Below are positions 37,188 through 46,134 of a DNA stretch of 64,000 bases, in pieces (positions within the stretch are counted from its first letter, which is position 1; every line of letters begins with the position of its first letter). The notes under the pieces are model-generated. The model ran no database searches. It saw only the letters and a program-made list of their open reading frames with translations, and was not told the origin of the DNA. The stretch spans positions 2,505-66,504 of the forward strand of contig CAZJNI010000006.1 in assembly GCA_964547465.1 (NCBI GenBank), in the 5' to 3' direction. Both the position numbers and the translations under genes were made by a program. Source of the DNA: an uncultured Gammaproteobacteria bacterium (GTDB taxonomy: Bacteria > Patescibacteriota > Microgenomatia > Daviesbacterales > UBA10151).

Positions 37188-37260
37188 TGCGCGCTGAGGG
37201 GCTCGAACCCCCGACAACCGCAGTGTAAATGCGGTGCTCTACCAGCTGAGCTAAGCGCGC
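37188..37260 (-). tRNA. tRNA-Val(TAC)
   Basis: GCGCGCT acceptor, anticodon loop TTTACAC, T-arm GGGGG-TTCGAGC-CCCTC. Confidence 0.8.
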
Positions 37261-37280
37261 TTAATACTATATTATACTCT

Positions 37281-37364
37281 TGGTGGGCGAGAGAGGAGTC
37301 GAACCTCCACACCTTTCGGCACTACCACCTCAAGGTAGCGTGTATACCATTTCACCACTCGCCC
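37281..37364 (-). tRNA. tRNA-Leu(GAG), CCA encoded
   Basis: GGGCGAG acceptor, anticodon loop TTGAGGT, long variable arm, 3' CTCGCCC-A-CCA. Confidence 0.8.
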
Positions 37365-37444
37365 TTTTGTGTAAGTATTATACTTAATGCTCACTTAATT
37401 TTAAAGATCTTGACATTATGTACATAACGTACTAATATCAAAAT

Positions 37445-37726
37445 ATGACGTTAACTGTTTCAGTAAGTGAGCTAAGAAGTAATATATCCTCATATTTAGA
37501 CCGGGTTACAAAAGGGGCTCGGGTAATAATCCGTGATGAAAAAAAAGATTTGACGATTGCCCAAATTACTCCCCAAACTTCTAACTTTGATAAAGAAGCT
37601 TTTGAGAAAAGTTTAAGAAAGGTAGCTGGTATTTTTTCTGCAGAAAACCACCCAGAGTGGAGCACAAAAAAGCGAATCAGCAGCTGGCTAAGAAAACAGC
37701 GTTTAGCTGACCAACGCTCGTTCTAA
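37445..37726 (+). CDS. Phd/YefM-type antitoxin
   Basis: LTVSVSELRSNISSYLDRVTKGARVII typical of the Phd/YefM N-terminus; 4 bp from the PIN gene. Confidence 0.6.
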   Translation: MTLTVSVSELRSNISSYLDRVTKGARVIIRDEKKDLTIAQITPQTSNFDKEAFEKSLRKVAGIFSAENHPEWSTKKRISSWLRKQRLADQRSF

Positions 37727-37728
37727 AT

Positions 37729-38112
37729 ATGTATCTACTTGATACTGACATATTAATTTGGATCCTACGAGGCAAAAAGGAGGTTGTTAGCAAGATATCA
37801 AAGCTAAAAGATGAAGCACCTCTTGGCCTATCCGTTATTACTATAGCTGAAATTTATAAAAATATTTTCCCTTCAGAACTCATAACTACAGAGGATCATC
37901 TTTCGCATTATGTTATCTTTGACGTTAATCAGCAAATTGCCAAAATGGCTGGTCTTTATTGGCAGGAGTACAGTAAGAAATTAAAGAATTTAAGTCTCAG
38001 TGATTGTTTAATTGCTGCAGCTGCTAATACCAATAGCGCCACCTTGGTTTCTCTTAACGCTAAGCATTTTCCTATGAAAGATATTCGAATATTAAACCCA
38101 GTTAAATCATAA
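37729..38112 (+). CDS. vapC: PIN-domain toxin (VapC-like)
   Basis: MYLLDTDILIWIL with conserved acidic residues; 127 aa. Confidence 0.7.
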   Translation: MYLLDTDILIWILRGKKEVVSKISKLKDEAPLGLSVITIAEIYKNIFPSELITTEDHLSHYVIFDVNQQIAKMAGLYWQEYSKKLKNLSLSDCLIAAAANTNSATLVSLNAKHFPMKDIRILNPVKS

Positions 38113-38113
38113 G

Positions 38114-38196
38114 TGCCGAGGAGAGGATTTGAACCTCCACGAGCTTGCGCTCACAGCCTTCTGAGGGCTGCATGTATACCGTTTCATCACCTCGGC
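38114..38196 (-). tRNA. tRNA-Leu(CAG)
   Basis: GCCGAGG acceptor, anticodon loop CTCAGAA, long variable arm, T-arm GGAGG-TTCAAAT-CCTCT. Confidence 0.8.
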
Positions 38197-38240
38197 TTGA
38201 TCGGCACCCATTATATCAACATTAGTGTATAATATCTAAA

Positions 38241-39239
38241 ATGTTTAAACAAAAAATAGTCACCCTTGGGGGAGGCACCGGACATTTTTCCCTTTTGCGA
38301 GGCTTAGTTGAATTAAACCAACCGGAATTAATTACAGCTGTTGTAGGAACCTGGGATTCTGGTGGTTCCTCGGGTAGACTTAGAACAGAATTAGGCGTAC
38401 TTCCTCCCGGAGATATCAGACAATGTCTTCTTGCTTTAATGGAGGATCCAAAACAAAGGCAAGTTGCCCAAAAGCTGTTTGATGACAGGTTAGCTGATAT
38501 TCCCGGTCCGCTAAAAGGTCACAGTCTGGGTAATTTAATTGCTGCCAGACTGGAGCATATTTATAAAGGACCTGATCGGGGAATTGAGGCAGAGAGGTTA
38601 CTTTTTAGAATTACCGGCAGAGTATTGCCAGTAAGTATTTCTGAACTTAATTTAATTGCCAAGCTAGAGGGCGGGGAAGAACTTGAAGGGGAATCAACAA
38701 TTGATTTAAGAGCGGAAAAGGATGGATTTAATCCTAAAAAAAGGATCAATAGAATTTATTTTGATACTAATGCAGATCCTAATCCGGAAGTAATTCAGGC
38801 TATTTTGAATGCAGATAAAATTGTTTTTTCTGCAGGAGATTTATACACCAGCATCCTGCCTCATCTTCTGGTAAGCGGAGTTAAGGAAGCAATAGCAGAT
38901 TCAAAAGCTAAAGTAATTTTAGTATTGAATTTAATGACAAAAATGGGGGAAACAGATAATTTTAAGGCATCTGATTATTTAAAAGCATTTATATATTATC
39001 TGGGAGATAAAAATAAAATTAGCTATATTCTGGCAAATTCAAATGGTTTAGACCCGGAAATACGAAAAGTTTATAAAAAAGATAAACAACAACCGGTAGA
39101 GTTGGATTCAGAAGCCTGTAAAAAAATTTCCCCAAATACGGAAATTATCAAAGAACCTTTTGCGATTTATCACATCAGAGAACATTTATTCAGGCATGAC
39201 AGCGAAAAATTAGCTTCAAAAATCTTGGGGTTGAGTTAG
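38241..39239 (+). CDS. YvcK/CofD-family (gluconeogenesis factor / 2-phospho-L-lactate transferase-like) protein
   Basis: IVTLGGGTGHFSLLRGL N-terminal glycine loop of the UPF0052/CofD family. Confidence 0.65.
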   Translation: MFKQKIVTLGGGTGHFSLLRGLVELNQPELITAVVGTWDSGGSSGRLRTELGVLPPGDIRQCLLALMEDPKQRQVAQKLFDDRLADIPGPLKGHSLGNLIAARLEHIYKGPDRGIEAERLLFRITGRVLPVSISELNLIAKLEGGEELEGESTIDLRAEKDGFNPKKRINRIYFDTNADPNPEVIQAILNADKIVFSAGDLYTSILPHLLVSGVKEAIADSKAKVILVLNLMTKMGETDNFKASDYLKAFIYYLGDKNKISYILANSNGLDPEIRKVYKKDKQQPVELDSEACKKISPNTEIIKEPFAIYHIREHLFRHDSEKLASKILGLS

Positions 39240-39295
39240 TTTGACCTAATTGACAAAGTTTTAAATTTAAGGTTACTATCTTCAAACAAAAGCAG

Positions 39296-39883
39296 ATGGA
39301 CAAAGTCTTACCAATTAGAATAGGGTTTGTTGGGGCATGGTTTGCAACAGCCATTTTATCTCTTATCCTGGCAACTACACTTAATATTTATCTGAACACA
39401 GCTAAGCTCACGCAATACACTAATCAAAACTTCAGGCTGTATGTTGCACTTCCTCAAAAAAATCTGGAGGAATCACAAGATATCCAAAAGGCAGATGCAC
39501 GCTCAAAAATTGTGGAAAATTTCCTTAAAGATTATAAATCTCCTTTAGTCCATCTTGGTGATCTGTTCGTGAGTGTTGCTGATAAATATAGCCTGGACTA
39601 TAGATTACTTCCTTCAATTGCCATGCAAGAATCAAATGGGGGACAAAAAGTTATTAAAAATTCAAAAAATCCATTTGGATATGGTATATACGGAGGAATG
39701 GTAACCAGGTTTGAGTCATGGGAAAGCGCTATTGAAAGAGTTGGCAGAGCCTTAAGGGAAGATTATTTAGATAAAGGTTTAAAGACCCCAACACAAATTA
39801 TGGCTAAATATACTCCTCCATCCCTGGCAAAAGGAGGAGCTTGGGCTAAAGGTGTTTCCTTGTTTATGGAAGAACTCCGTTAA
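39296..39883 (+). CDS. Membrane-anchored putative cell-wall hydrolase (paralog 1)
   Basis: TM N-terminus; LLPSIAMQESNGGQ segment reminiscent of SLT/glucosaminidase catalytic Glu context; paralogous to 39958-40551. Confidence 0.35.
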   Translation: MDKVLPIRIGFVGAWFATAILSLILATTLNIYLNTAKLTQYTNQNFRLYVALPQKNLEESQDIQKADARSKIVENFLKDYKSPLVHLGDLFVSVADKYSLDYRLLPSIAMQESNGGQKVIKNSKNPFGYGIYGGMVTRFESWESAIERVGRALREDYLDKGLKTPTQIMAKYTPPSLAKGGAWAKGVSLFMEELR

Positions 39884-39922
39884 CTTGACTTAGAGCCCTA
39901 AATCTGATATCATTAGCAGCTT

Positions 39923-39952
39923 ATCCTGTACCGTTTGGTGCAGGATTTTTTT
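39923..39952 (+). terminator. Rho-independent terminator
   Basis: atcctgtaccgtttggtgcaggat followed by ttttttt. Confidence 0.55.
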
Positions 39953-39957
39953 AAGCT

Positions 39958-40551
39958 ATGAAAAGAAAACTTCTTATTTTAATAACAGCTATTTCTACCC
40001 TTTTTACCTTTAATATAAATACAGGAGGGGCAGCTGTTGTGGCAAGTAACAACACTACACCTGATATTGTGGGAGTTAAAAAGTTAGATTCAAGAGCTAA
40101 AATTCTATCAGGCTATTTGGCTTCTTATAACTCACCAATGCAGTATCATGCTCAAGATTTTATTGATGCTGCAGATGAATATGGCCTAGTCTGGACAATG
40201 CTTCCCGCAATTGCCGGAGTTGAATCCACTTTCGGTAGGTTTATACCTGGCGGATATAATGCTTATGGCTGGGGGGTATATGGCACAAACAGAATTTATT
40301 TTGCTTCCTGGAGAGAAGGTATGTTTGCTGTAGCTAAGGGCCTCCGGGAAAATTATTTAAATAAGGGTTTAAAAGATCCATATTCCATAAATAGAATCTA
40401 TGCTGCCTCACCTTTTTGGGGTTCTAAAGTAACTTATTTTATGAATGATCTGGAAAAGTATGCCCAAAAACAGCAAACCTCAAATTCTCTCATGGCCCAA
40501 GCTATAATAGATCCTAAAATAGCTGCCATTTCAGGCCAGCCAATCTGGTAG
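39958..40551 (+). CDS. Secreted putative cell-wall hydrolase (paralog 2)
   Basis: Signal peptide; LLPAIAGVESTFGRF parallels paralog 1. Confidence 0.35.
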   Translation: MKRKLLILITAISTLFTFNINTGGAAVVASNNTTPDIVGVKKLDSRAKILSGYLASYNSPMQYHAQDFIDAADEYGLVWTMLPAIAGVESTFGRFIPGGYNAYGWGVYGTNRIYFASWREGMFAVAKGLRENYLNKGLKDPYSINRIYAASPFWGSKVTYFMNDLEKYAQKQQTSNSLMAQAIIDPKIAAISGQPIW

Positions 40552-40564
40552 TATAATTCCCTCA

Positions 40565-41833
40565 ATGAGATTACTTGCTGCACTGGCGTTGGGTAAAAGT
40601 ATTTCCTGGTTTATTAAATTATTTAAAATAGGTGGAGCCTCTGCAGCTCCCGGGCTTTATGCTCTAAAGTTAGATCCTGACTTAGTTAAGAAATTAAGTT
40701 CTAAAATACCTAAAAATATAATAATAACCGGTACAAATGGTAAAACAACAACTGCCAGGTTACTGGCACATTTTGCAAAGGCATCTGGCCTTAAAGTTAT
40801 CAGAAACCATACCGGTTCAAATCTGGAACGCGGCATTGCCTCAACTCTTGTCAAGGTCGGACCTTGGTTAAGGTCCGACCTTGGTATTTGGGAACTGGAT
40901 GAGGCTGCTTTTAATACAGTAGCACCAAAAATAAACCCAGATATAGTGGTTTTTTTAAATGTATTCAGAGATCAGCTGGATAGATATGGTGAGATAGATT
41001 CTGTTGTTAAGGGCTGGTCTAACACCCTGAAATCCCTAAATCCCAAAACTATAGTACTGGTTAATGGTGATGATGCAAATTGCACAAAATTAAAATCAGC
41101 ATTTAAAGGAAAAGTCTATCAATTTGGGGTTAAGGATTACAAAATCCTGGGTGAATCTATTACTCATATAAAAGAATCAGAAAACCTAGATTATGAAGCA
41201 AAAAATGTGAAGCCTAATGGTTTAGAAGGCTCTAGTTTCCGGTTATCAGTTACAAGTTATCAGTTATCAGTCAATCTTCCTCTTCCCGGCATTTATCATA
41301 TTTATGATGCGCTGGCTGCTATTGCATGTGCTTCTTTGCTGAATTTTCCAATCCGCCGACTCACCAACACGCTGAAACACTTTACACCTGCTTTTGGAAG
41401 AGTTGAAAAATTGCCATTTGGATATATTTTTCTTATTAAAAATCCGGCAGGAGCAACACAGGTTTTTCAAACAATAGCACCTCAGATTAAAAAAGAAGAC
41501 AGGTTGCTTCTGGCTCTAAACGATAATTTGGCAGATGGCACAGATGTTTCCTGGATCTGGGACGCTGATTTTGAAAAGCTATCAGTTACAAGTTATCAGT
41601 TATCAGTTACTTGTTCCGGTACCAGAGCTCATGATTTAGCAAATAGATTAAAATATGCAGGCTTTAATCCTAAACAAATAAAGGTCATACCCGAGTTGGA
41701 AAATGCCCTTAAAGAGGCTAAAAAGGGTCTAAAAGGCACTCTTTTTATCCTACCCACATATACTGCCATGCTTGAGTTACAAGGCATACTAACAAAGATG
41801 GGTATTAAGAAAAATTACTGGGAGGAAATTTAA
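40565..41833 (+). CDS. murT: Mur-ligase-family lipid II isoglutaminyl synthase subunit MurT
   Basis: IIITGTNGKTTTARLLAHF (Mur ligase P-loop) plus C-terminal DUF1727-like region; immediately followed by the gatD-like GATase. Confidence 0.65.
   Translation: MRLLAALALGKSISWFIKLFKIGGASAAPGLYALKLDPDLVKKLSSKIPKNIIITGTNGKTTTARLLAHFAKASGLKVIRNHTGSNLERGIASTLVKVGPWLRSDLGIWELDEAAFNTVAPKINPDIVVFLNVFRDQLDRYGEIDSVVKGWSNTLKSLNPKTIVLVNGDDANCTKLKSAFKGKVYQFGVKDYKILGESITHIKESENLDYEAKNVKPNGLEGSSFRLSVTSYQLSVNLPLPGIYHIYDALAAIACASLLNFPIRRLTNTLKHFTPAFGRVEKLPFGYIFLIKNPAGATQVFQTIAPQIKKEDRLLLALNDNLADGTDVSWIWDADFEKLSVTSYQLSVTCSGTRAHDLANRLKYAGFNPKQIKVIPELENALKEAKKGLKGTLFILPTYTAMLELQGILTKMGIKKNYWEEI
40852..40884. repeat. 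Palindromic element (aaggtcggacctt family) in-frame in murT
   Basis: caaggtcggaccttggttaaggtccgaccttgg; encodes KVGPWLRSDLG. Confidence 0.5.
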
Positions 41834-42592
41834 TTGAAAATAATACACCCCTCCTTCGGAGGTAAAAATTTAAAATTAAAAATTGGTTATTTCTATGGTG
41901 ATTTAATGAATATTTATGGGGACACCGGCAATACTATTGCCTTAAAAAAGCGGGCTGAATGGAGAGGAATTAAGGTTACCATCAAAAACTTCTCGATCGA
42001 GAATATAATGAAGCAAGGCGAGGCTGATTTATTCTTTTTTGGCGGAGGACAGGACCAGCAACAGGAATTGGTAGCAAGGGATTTAGGGAAAAGCGGGAAG
42101 GGTAAAGTAATAAAGTCAGAAATAGAAAGAGGAATACCACTTTTATCAATTTGCGGAGGATATCAATTATTAGGTGAATTCTACAAACCACATAGAGGTC
42201 CAAAATTACCTGGTGTAGGACTATTCCCAGCATATACTTTAGCAAGTCATGACAGGATGATCGGCAATACTGTTATTGATTCCATGTTTGGAGATTTAGT
42301 TGGATTTGAAAATCATTCAGGAAAAACTTATTTAAAAAAAGAAGGCTTACCTTTGGGTATGGTTAAAAAGGGCTTTGGAAATAATGGAAAAGATAAAACA
42401 GAAGGCTGTATATATAAAAACGCAATTGGCTGCTATATGCACGGGTCTTTACTTCCAAAAAATCCAAAGCTTGCAGACTGGCTCCTTAAAAAAGCTTTGG
42501 AGCTAAAGTATGGAAAAGAAATTGAATTGGAACCTTTAGATGATTCCTTAGAATCCCAAACCCACAACAATGCTGTTAAAAGATTTTCTTAA
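41834..42592 (+). CDS. gatD: Glutamine amidotransferase GatD (CobQ-like GATase1) partner of MurT
   Basis: LSICGGYQLLG catalytic Cys context and a His near the C-terminus; adjacent to murT with a 1-nt gap. Confidence 0.65.
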   Translation: MKIIHPSFGGKNLKLKIGYFYGDLMNIYGDTGNTIALKKRAEWRGIKVTIKNFSIENIMKQGEADLFFFGGGQDQQQELVARDLGKSGKGKVIKSEIERGIPLLSICGGYQLLGEFYKPHRGPKLPGVGLFPAYTLASHDRMIGNTVIDSMFGDLVGFENHSGKTYLKKEGLPLGMVKKGFGNNGKDKTEGCIYKNAIGCYMHGSLLPKNPKLADWLLKKALELKYGKEIELEPLDDSLESQTHNNAVKRFS

Positions 42593-42614
42593 TTTCTGTT
42601 AAAATACAAACCAA

Positions 42615-42697
42615 GCCGGGGTGGTGAAACGGTATACACGATAGATTTAGGATCTATTGCTCGTAAGAGTGTGCAGGTTCGATTCCTGTCCCCGGCA
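42615..42697 (+). tRNA. tRNA-Leu(TAG)
   Basis: GCCGGGG acceptor, anticodon loop TTTAGGA, long variable arm, T-arm GCAGG-TTCGATT-CCTGT. Confidence 0.8.
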
Positions 42698-42740
42698 CAA
42701 ATTTGAAATTTTAGGCTCAAAGTTGTATGATTAAAGTCTT

Positions 42741-43385
42741 ATGAATCCGTTTCTGTCTACAAAACCAGATGAAGATGATAATAAGATTAAACCTTCCCAA
42801 ATTTTCGGGGGGTTTGATGAAATTGGGTTTGAAATGGAAACTCCTTCTGTTTCTTCTGTTGTTAAAGGAGTAACCAGTGTTTTTGAAGATATTTTCAGTT
42901 TGGGACAAGATATAACAGGAGTTGAAGATAAACCCTCTGAAGAAACCAAAAAATTCCCATCAGAAGGTACTATTGAATTTAACCAGGCTGTTGCTGAAGC
43001 TCAAGATAAGCAGAAAAAGAAAGAAACAGTCGATGCACAAAAAATCTTCTTCCAGGCTTTAAAAGAAGATACTCAAAGGGCAAAAGAAGCAAAAGATAAG
43101 TTACTTTTTGAGGAAGAAATGAGTGATATTGTAACCAATTTGCCTACAGAGCAGAAAAATGAGCTGCTACATTACCAGGCGGGTTATAAAGACAGAAGTA
43201 TTTACCAAAGAGCAGAGTTAAGAAAGAAATTAATAGAACAAAGAAAAGAAGCAGATAAAAAGCAAAAAGAGGTAAGCATTGCCCAAACTGCTCCTAAAGC
43301 AACAGCTATGAATGCCGCATTTGAAGGCGGATCCGGTACCCAAGGCTCTGGTCAGGGCAATCTCTCATTCCAGGCCACAGGGTAA
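42741..43385 (+). CDS. Hypothetical K/E-rich protein
   Basis: 214-aa low-complexity charged ORF. Confidence 0.35.
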   Translation: MNPFLSTKPDEDDNKIKPSQIFGGFDEIGFEMETPSVSSVVKGVTSVFEDIFSLGQDITGVEDKPSEETKKFPSEGTIEFNQAVAEAQDKQKKKETVDAQKIFFQALKEDTQRAKEAKDKLLFEEEMSDIVTNLPTEQKNELLHYQAGYKDRSIYQRAELRKKLIEQRKEADKKQKEVSIAQTAPKATAMNAAFEGGSGTQGSGQGNLSFQATG

Positions 43386-43462
43386 TTTATTTTTTGCTAT
43401 AATCATCAAGATGAGGGCGGTTTAGACAAGCGAGGCTTGTCGCAACCGACCGAGCGTAGCGA

Positions 43463-43536
43463 GGGCAGTTAGCTCAGCTGGTAGAGCGTCCGATTGACGT
43501 TCGGAAGGTTCACAGGTTCGATCCCTGTACTGCCCA
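43463..43536 (+). tRNA. tRNA-Val(GAC)
   Basis: GGGCAGT acceptor, D-arm GCTCAGCTGGTAGAGC, anticodon loop TTGACGT, T-arm ACAGG-TTCGATC-CCTGT. Confidence 0.75.
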
Positions 43537-43557
43537 CTTGTGTTAACATTAAATTAA

Positions 43558-44829
43558 ATGGGTGATTTAAAAGATCATAAGCAAATAAGCAAGCTTGATT
43601 CTAGTGGTCCCAAGGACCACCGCGAATTAGGTCAAGAACTGGAACTCTTTTTTACAGATGAAATAGCTCCCGGCGCTCCTTTTTGGCTTCCAAAGGGGAT
43701 GGTAATTTTTAAAGAGCTGGAAAAATATATCAGAGAACTAACAGAAAAAGCAGGGTATTTAGAAACCTCTACACCAATAATGGTCAAATCTGAATTATTT
43801 AAGCAATCCGGTCACTGGGAAAAATTTGGTGAACATAATATGTATAACCTGAATCTCTCTGATGAGGCTGATGGATCAAATCCTGTAAGCTATTCCTTAA
43901 AACCTATGAATTGTCCTGAATCTACTATTATTTATAGATTTAGACCCAGAAGTTATAGAGAACTTCCCTTAAGACTCTCTGAAATAGGCAGATTACACAG
44001 AAGAGAAAAATCAGGGGAGGTTAATGGATTGCTGCGGGTCAGACAATTAACCATGGATGATGCCCATATTTATGCCACGGAAGATCAGATTTTTGATGAG
44101 GTTTCCAATATTTTGGATATGATGATAAGCTTTTATAAAATGTTTGGATTTGAATATGAATTCAGGTTGGCCACCAGACCGGAAGTAAGGGCCGGATCAG
44201 ATGAAGGCTGGAATAAAGCAGAAAAAGCTTTGGCTGAAGCTCTGGAGAAAAAGGGGATAAAAGCCGGAGATAAAATGGGTGACGGGGCATTTTACGGACC
44301 AAAAATTGATGTGCATATTAAGGATTCCCAAGGTAGGGATTGGCAGCTGGCCACAGTCCAGCTGGACTTTCACCAGCCGGAAGCTTTTGGATTAGAATAT
44401 GTTGATTCTGAAGGAACAAAAAAAAGACCTGTGATGATCCATAGGGCAATTTTCGGCTCATTTGAAAGATTTATAGCAATTTTAACAGAACAATACCAGG
44501 GGGCTTTTCCAACCTGGCTTTCCCCAATACAGGTACAAATTATACCCATTTCAGATCAAAACCTAAAGTGGTCACAAAATGTACTCGAACAATTAAAGGA
44601 TGCATTCGTGCGTGTTGAACTGGATTCAAGAGCTGAAAAAATGCAAGCCAAAATAAGGGATGCCCAACTTAATAAAATCCCTTACATGTTAATTATTGGA
44701 GGAAGAGAAGAGGAAGCAAAACAGGTTGCGGTTAGAACCCGGTCTGGTGAAGATTTGGGTACAATGGGAGTAGGAGAATTTATTAAAAAAATAAAAAAAG
44801 AAATTGAGTCAAAAGAAAGGGGATTTTAG
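43558..44829 (+). CDS. thrS: Threonyl-tRNA synthetase (short form lacking the N-terminal editing domain)
   Basis: Class II motifs FRPRSYRELPLRLSEIGRLHRRE and LLRVRQLTMDDAHIY; C-terminal anticodon-binding domain; heads the thrS-infC-rpmI-rplT operon. Confidence 0.8.
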   Translation: MGDLKDHKQISKLDSSGPKDHRELGQELELFFTDEIAPGAPFWLPKGMVIFKELEKYIRELTEKAGYLETSTPIMVKSELFKQSGHWEKFGEHNMYNLNLSDEADGSNPVSYSLKPMNCPESTIIYRFRPRSYRELPLRLSEIGRLHRREKSGEVNGLLRVRQLTMDDAHIYATEDQIFDEVSNILDMMISFYKMFGFEYEFRLATRPEVRAGSDEGWNKAEKALAEALEKKGIKAGDKMGDGAFYGPKIDVHIKDSQGRDWQLATVQLDFHQPEAFGLEYVDSEGTKKRPVMIHRAIFGSFERFIAILTEQYQGAFPTWLSPIQVQIIPISDQNLKWSQNVLEQLKDAFVRVELDSRAEKMQAKIRDAQLNKIPYMLIIGGREEEAKQVAVRTRSGEDLGTMGVGEFIKKIKKEIESKERGF

Positions 44830-45375
44830 CTGGCCAAATTTCATAGATTAAACCAATTTATTCAAGCACCAGAGTTAAGAGTCATAGATTCTGATGGCAA
44901 ACAAGTAGGAATCTTAACCAAAGAGGAAGCTTTGAAAAAAGCTCATGATGAGGGACTCGACCTGGTAGAAATTGCTCCGAATGCAGATCCTCCTGTTGCC
45001 AGAGTGGTAGATTTTAAGAAGTTTAAGTATGAGGAAAGTAAAAAAGACAGAGGCACTAAAAAAGGGTCTGAAGGGGGCTTAAAAGAACTTTGGCTTTCCC
45101 CGAGAATTGATGACCATGATCTTAAGGTGAGAATTAATAGAACTGAAGAATTTTTAAAGGATGGATTCAAAGTAAAACTGACTGTTAAATTTAAAGGCAG
45201 GGAAATGGCTCACCCGGAAAACGGCCGGAAAATATTAAACCAGGCGATTTCTCTTTTGGGTGAGGGCGTAGGAATTGAAAGGGAGGCTAAATTTGAAGGC
45301 AGGAACCTATCCATAATTGTAACAAAAAATAGAGCATTAAAAACCCCTGTCATTTCCGAAGTAAATCAGGTATAA
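44830..45375 (+). CDS. infC: Translation initiation factor IF-3 with non-AUG start
   Basis: Conserved N-terminus RLNQFIQAPELRVIDSDGKQVGIL is encoded upstream of the first in-frame ATG/TTG/GTG. The in-frame stop of thrS is at 44827-44829, so the start must be CTG 44830 or another non-canonical codon. Confidence 0.7.
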   Translation: MAKFHRLNQFIQAPELRVIDSDGKQVGILTKEEALKKAHDEGLDLVEIAPNADPPVARVVDFKKFKYEESKKDRGTKKGSEGGLKELWLSPRIDDHDLKVRINRTEEFLKDGFKVKLTVKFKGREMAHPENGRKILNQAISLLGEGVGIEREAKFEGRNLSIIVTKNRALKTPVISEVNQV

Positions 45376-45393
45376 TCATGTTTCAAAATTTTT

Positions 45394-45591
45394 ATGAATA
45401 AGCAGAAGGTTAGAAAATCCATTTTTAAAAGAGTAAAAATTACCGGAACAGGTAAGATTCTACGAAGGCATCAATTAGCAGCCGGACATCTAAAAAGCCA
45501 CAAGAGTAAGAATGCGCTTAATCGACAAAAAAAGAGTAGCACTTACTTTAAAGGTGAATCCAGATCATTAAGAGGAGTATTAGGAGTGTAA
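45394..45591 (+). CDS. rpmI: Ribosomal protein L35
   Basis: 65-aa basic protein KSIFKRVKITGTGKILRRHQ in the canonical operon position. Confidence 0.7.
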   Translation: MNKQKVRKSIFKRVKITGTGKILRRHQLAAGHLKSHKSKNALNRQKKSSTYFKGESRSLRGVLGV

Positions 45592-45789
45592 ATTATGGGT
45601 AGGGAAATCAGAAATTTTAAACAATCAAGAAGAGCTGGCGGCGCTGATGCAAATGCCAAAAGCTATGCTAGAATTAACCGGACAGGCAGTTGGGGCAAAA
45701 TATTTAGTGCTATTAAATTTAAAAAGGGAGAAATCAAGTAAGAACCTGTTAATCACAGGACCTTGATTCTTGAAAGGATCAAAAAATAA

Positions 45790-46134
45790 ATGGCCAGAGT
45801 AAAACGTGGAGTCACATCACATAGAAAACATAAAAAAGTATTGGCATTAACCAAAGGTCACAGAGGCGGCAGAAGTAAACTTATTAAAGAAGCTAAATCC
45901 TCGCTTTTGCATGCTGGTCAATATGCCTTTGCAGGCAGAAAGCAGAAAAAAAGACAATTTAGAAGACTTTGGATAACTCAAATGGGAAATGCGCTAAATT
46001 TGGAAGGATTAAGCTATTCTAAATTTATTAATCAACTTAAAGTTAAAAAAATACAATTGAACCGCAAAACTTTGGCTGATTTGGCAGTCAATCATCCAGG
46101 AGATTTTAAACAGCTTGTGAATTCTGTACAATGA
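45790..46134 (+). CDS. rplT: Ribosomal protein L20
   Basis: MARVKRGVTSHRKHKKVLALTKGHRGG. Confidence 0.85.
   Translation: MARVKRGVTSHRKHKKVLALTKGHRGGRSKLIKEAKSSLLHAGQYAFAGRKQKKRQFRRLWITQMGNALNLEGLSYSKFINQLKVKKIQLNRKTLADLAVNHPGDFKQLVNSVQ

Noticed and set aside
45597-45740. 48-aa basic ORF between rpmI and rplT
   Set aside because: It is below the ORF-track threshold with no recognisable family, and it may be the L20 leader region, so it is left uncalled.
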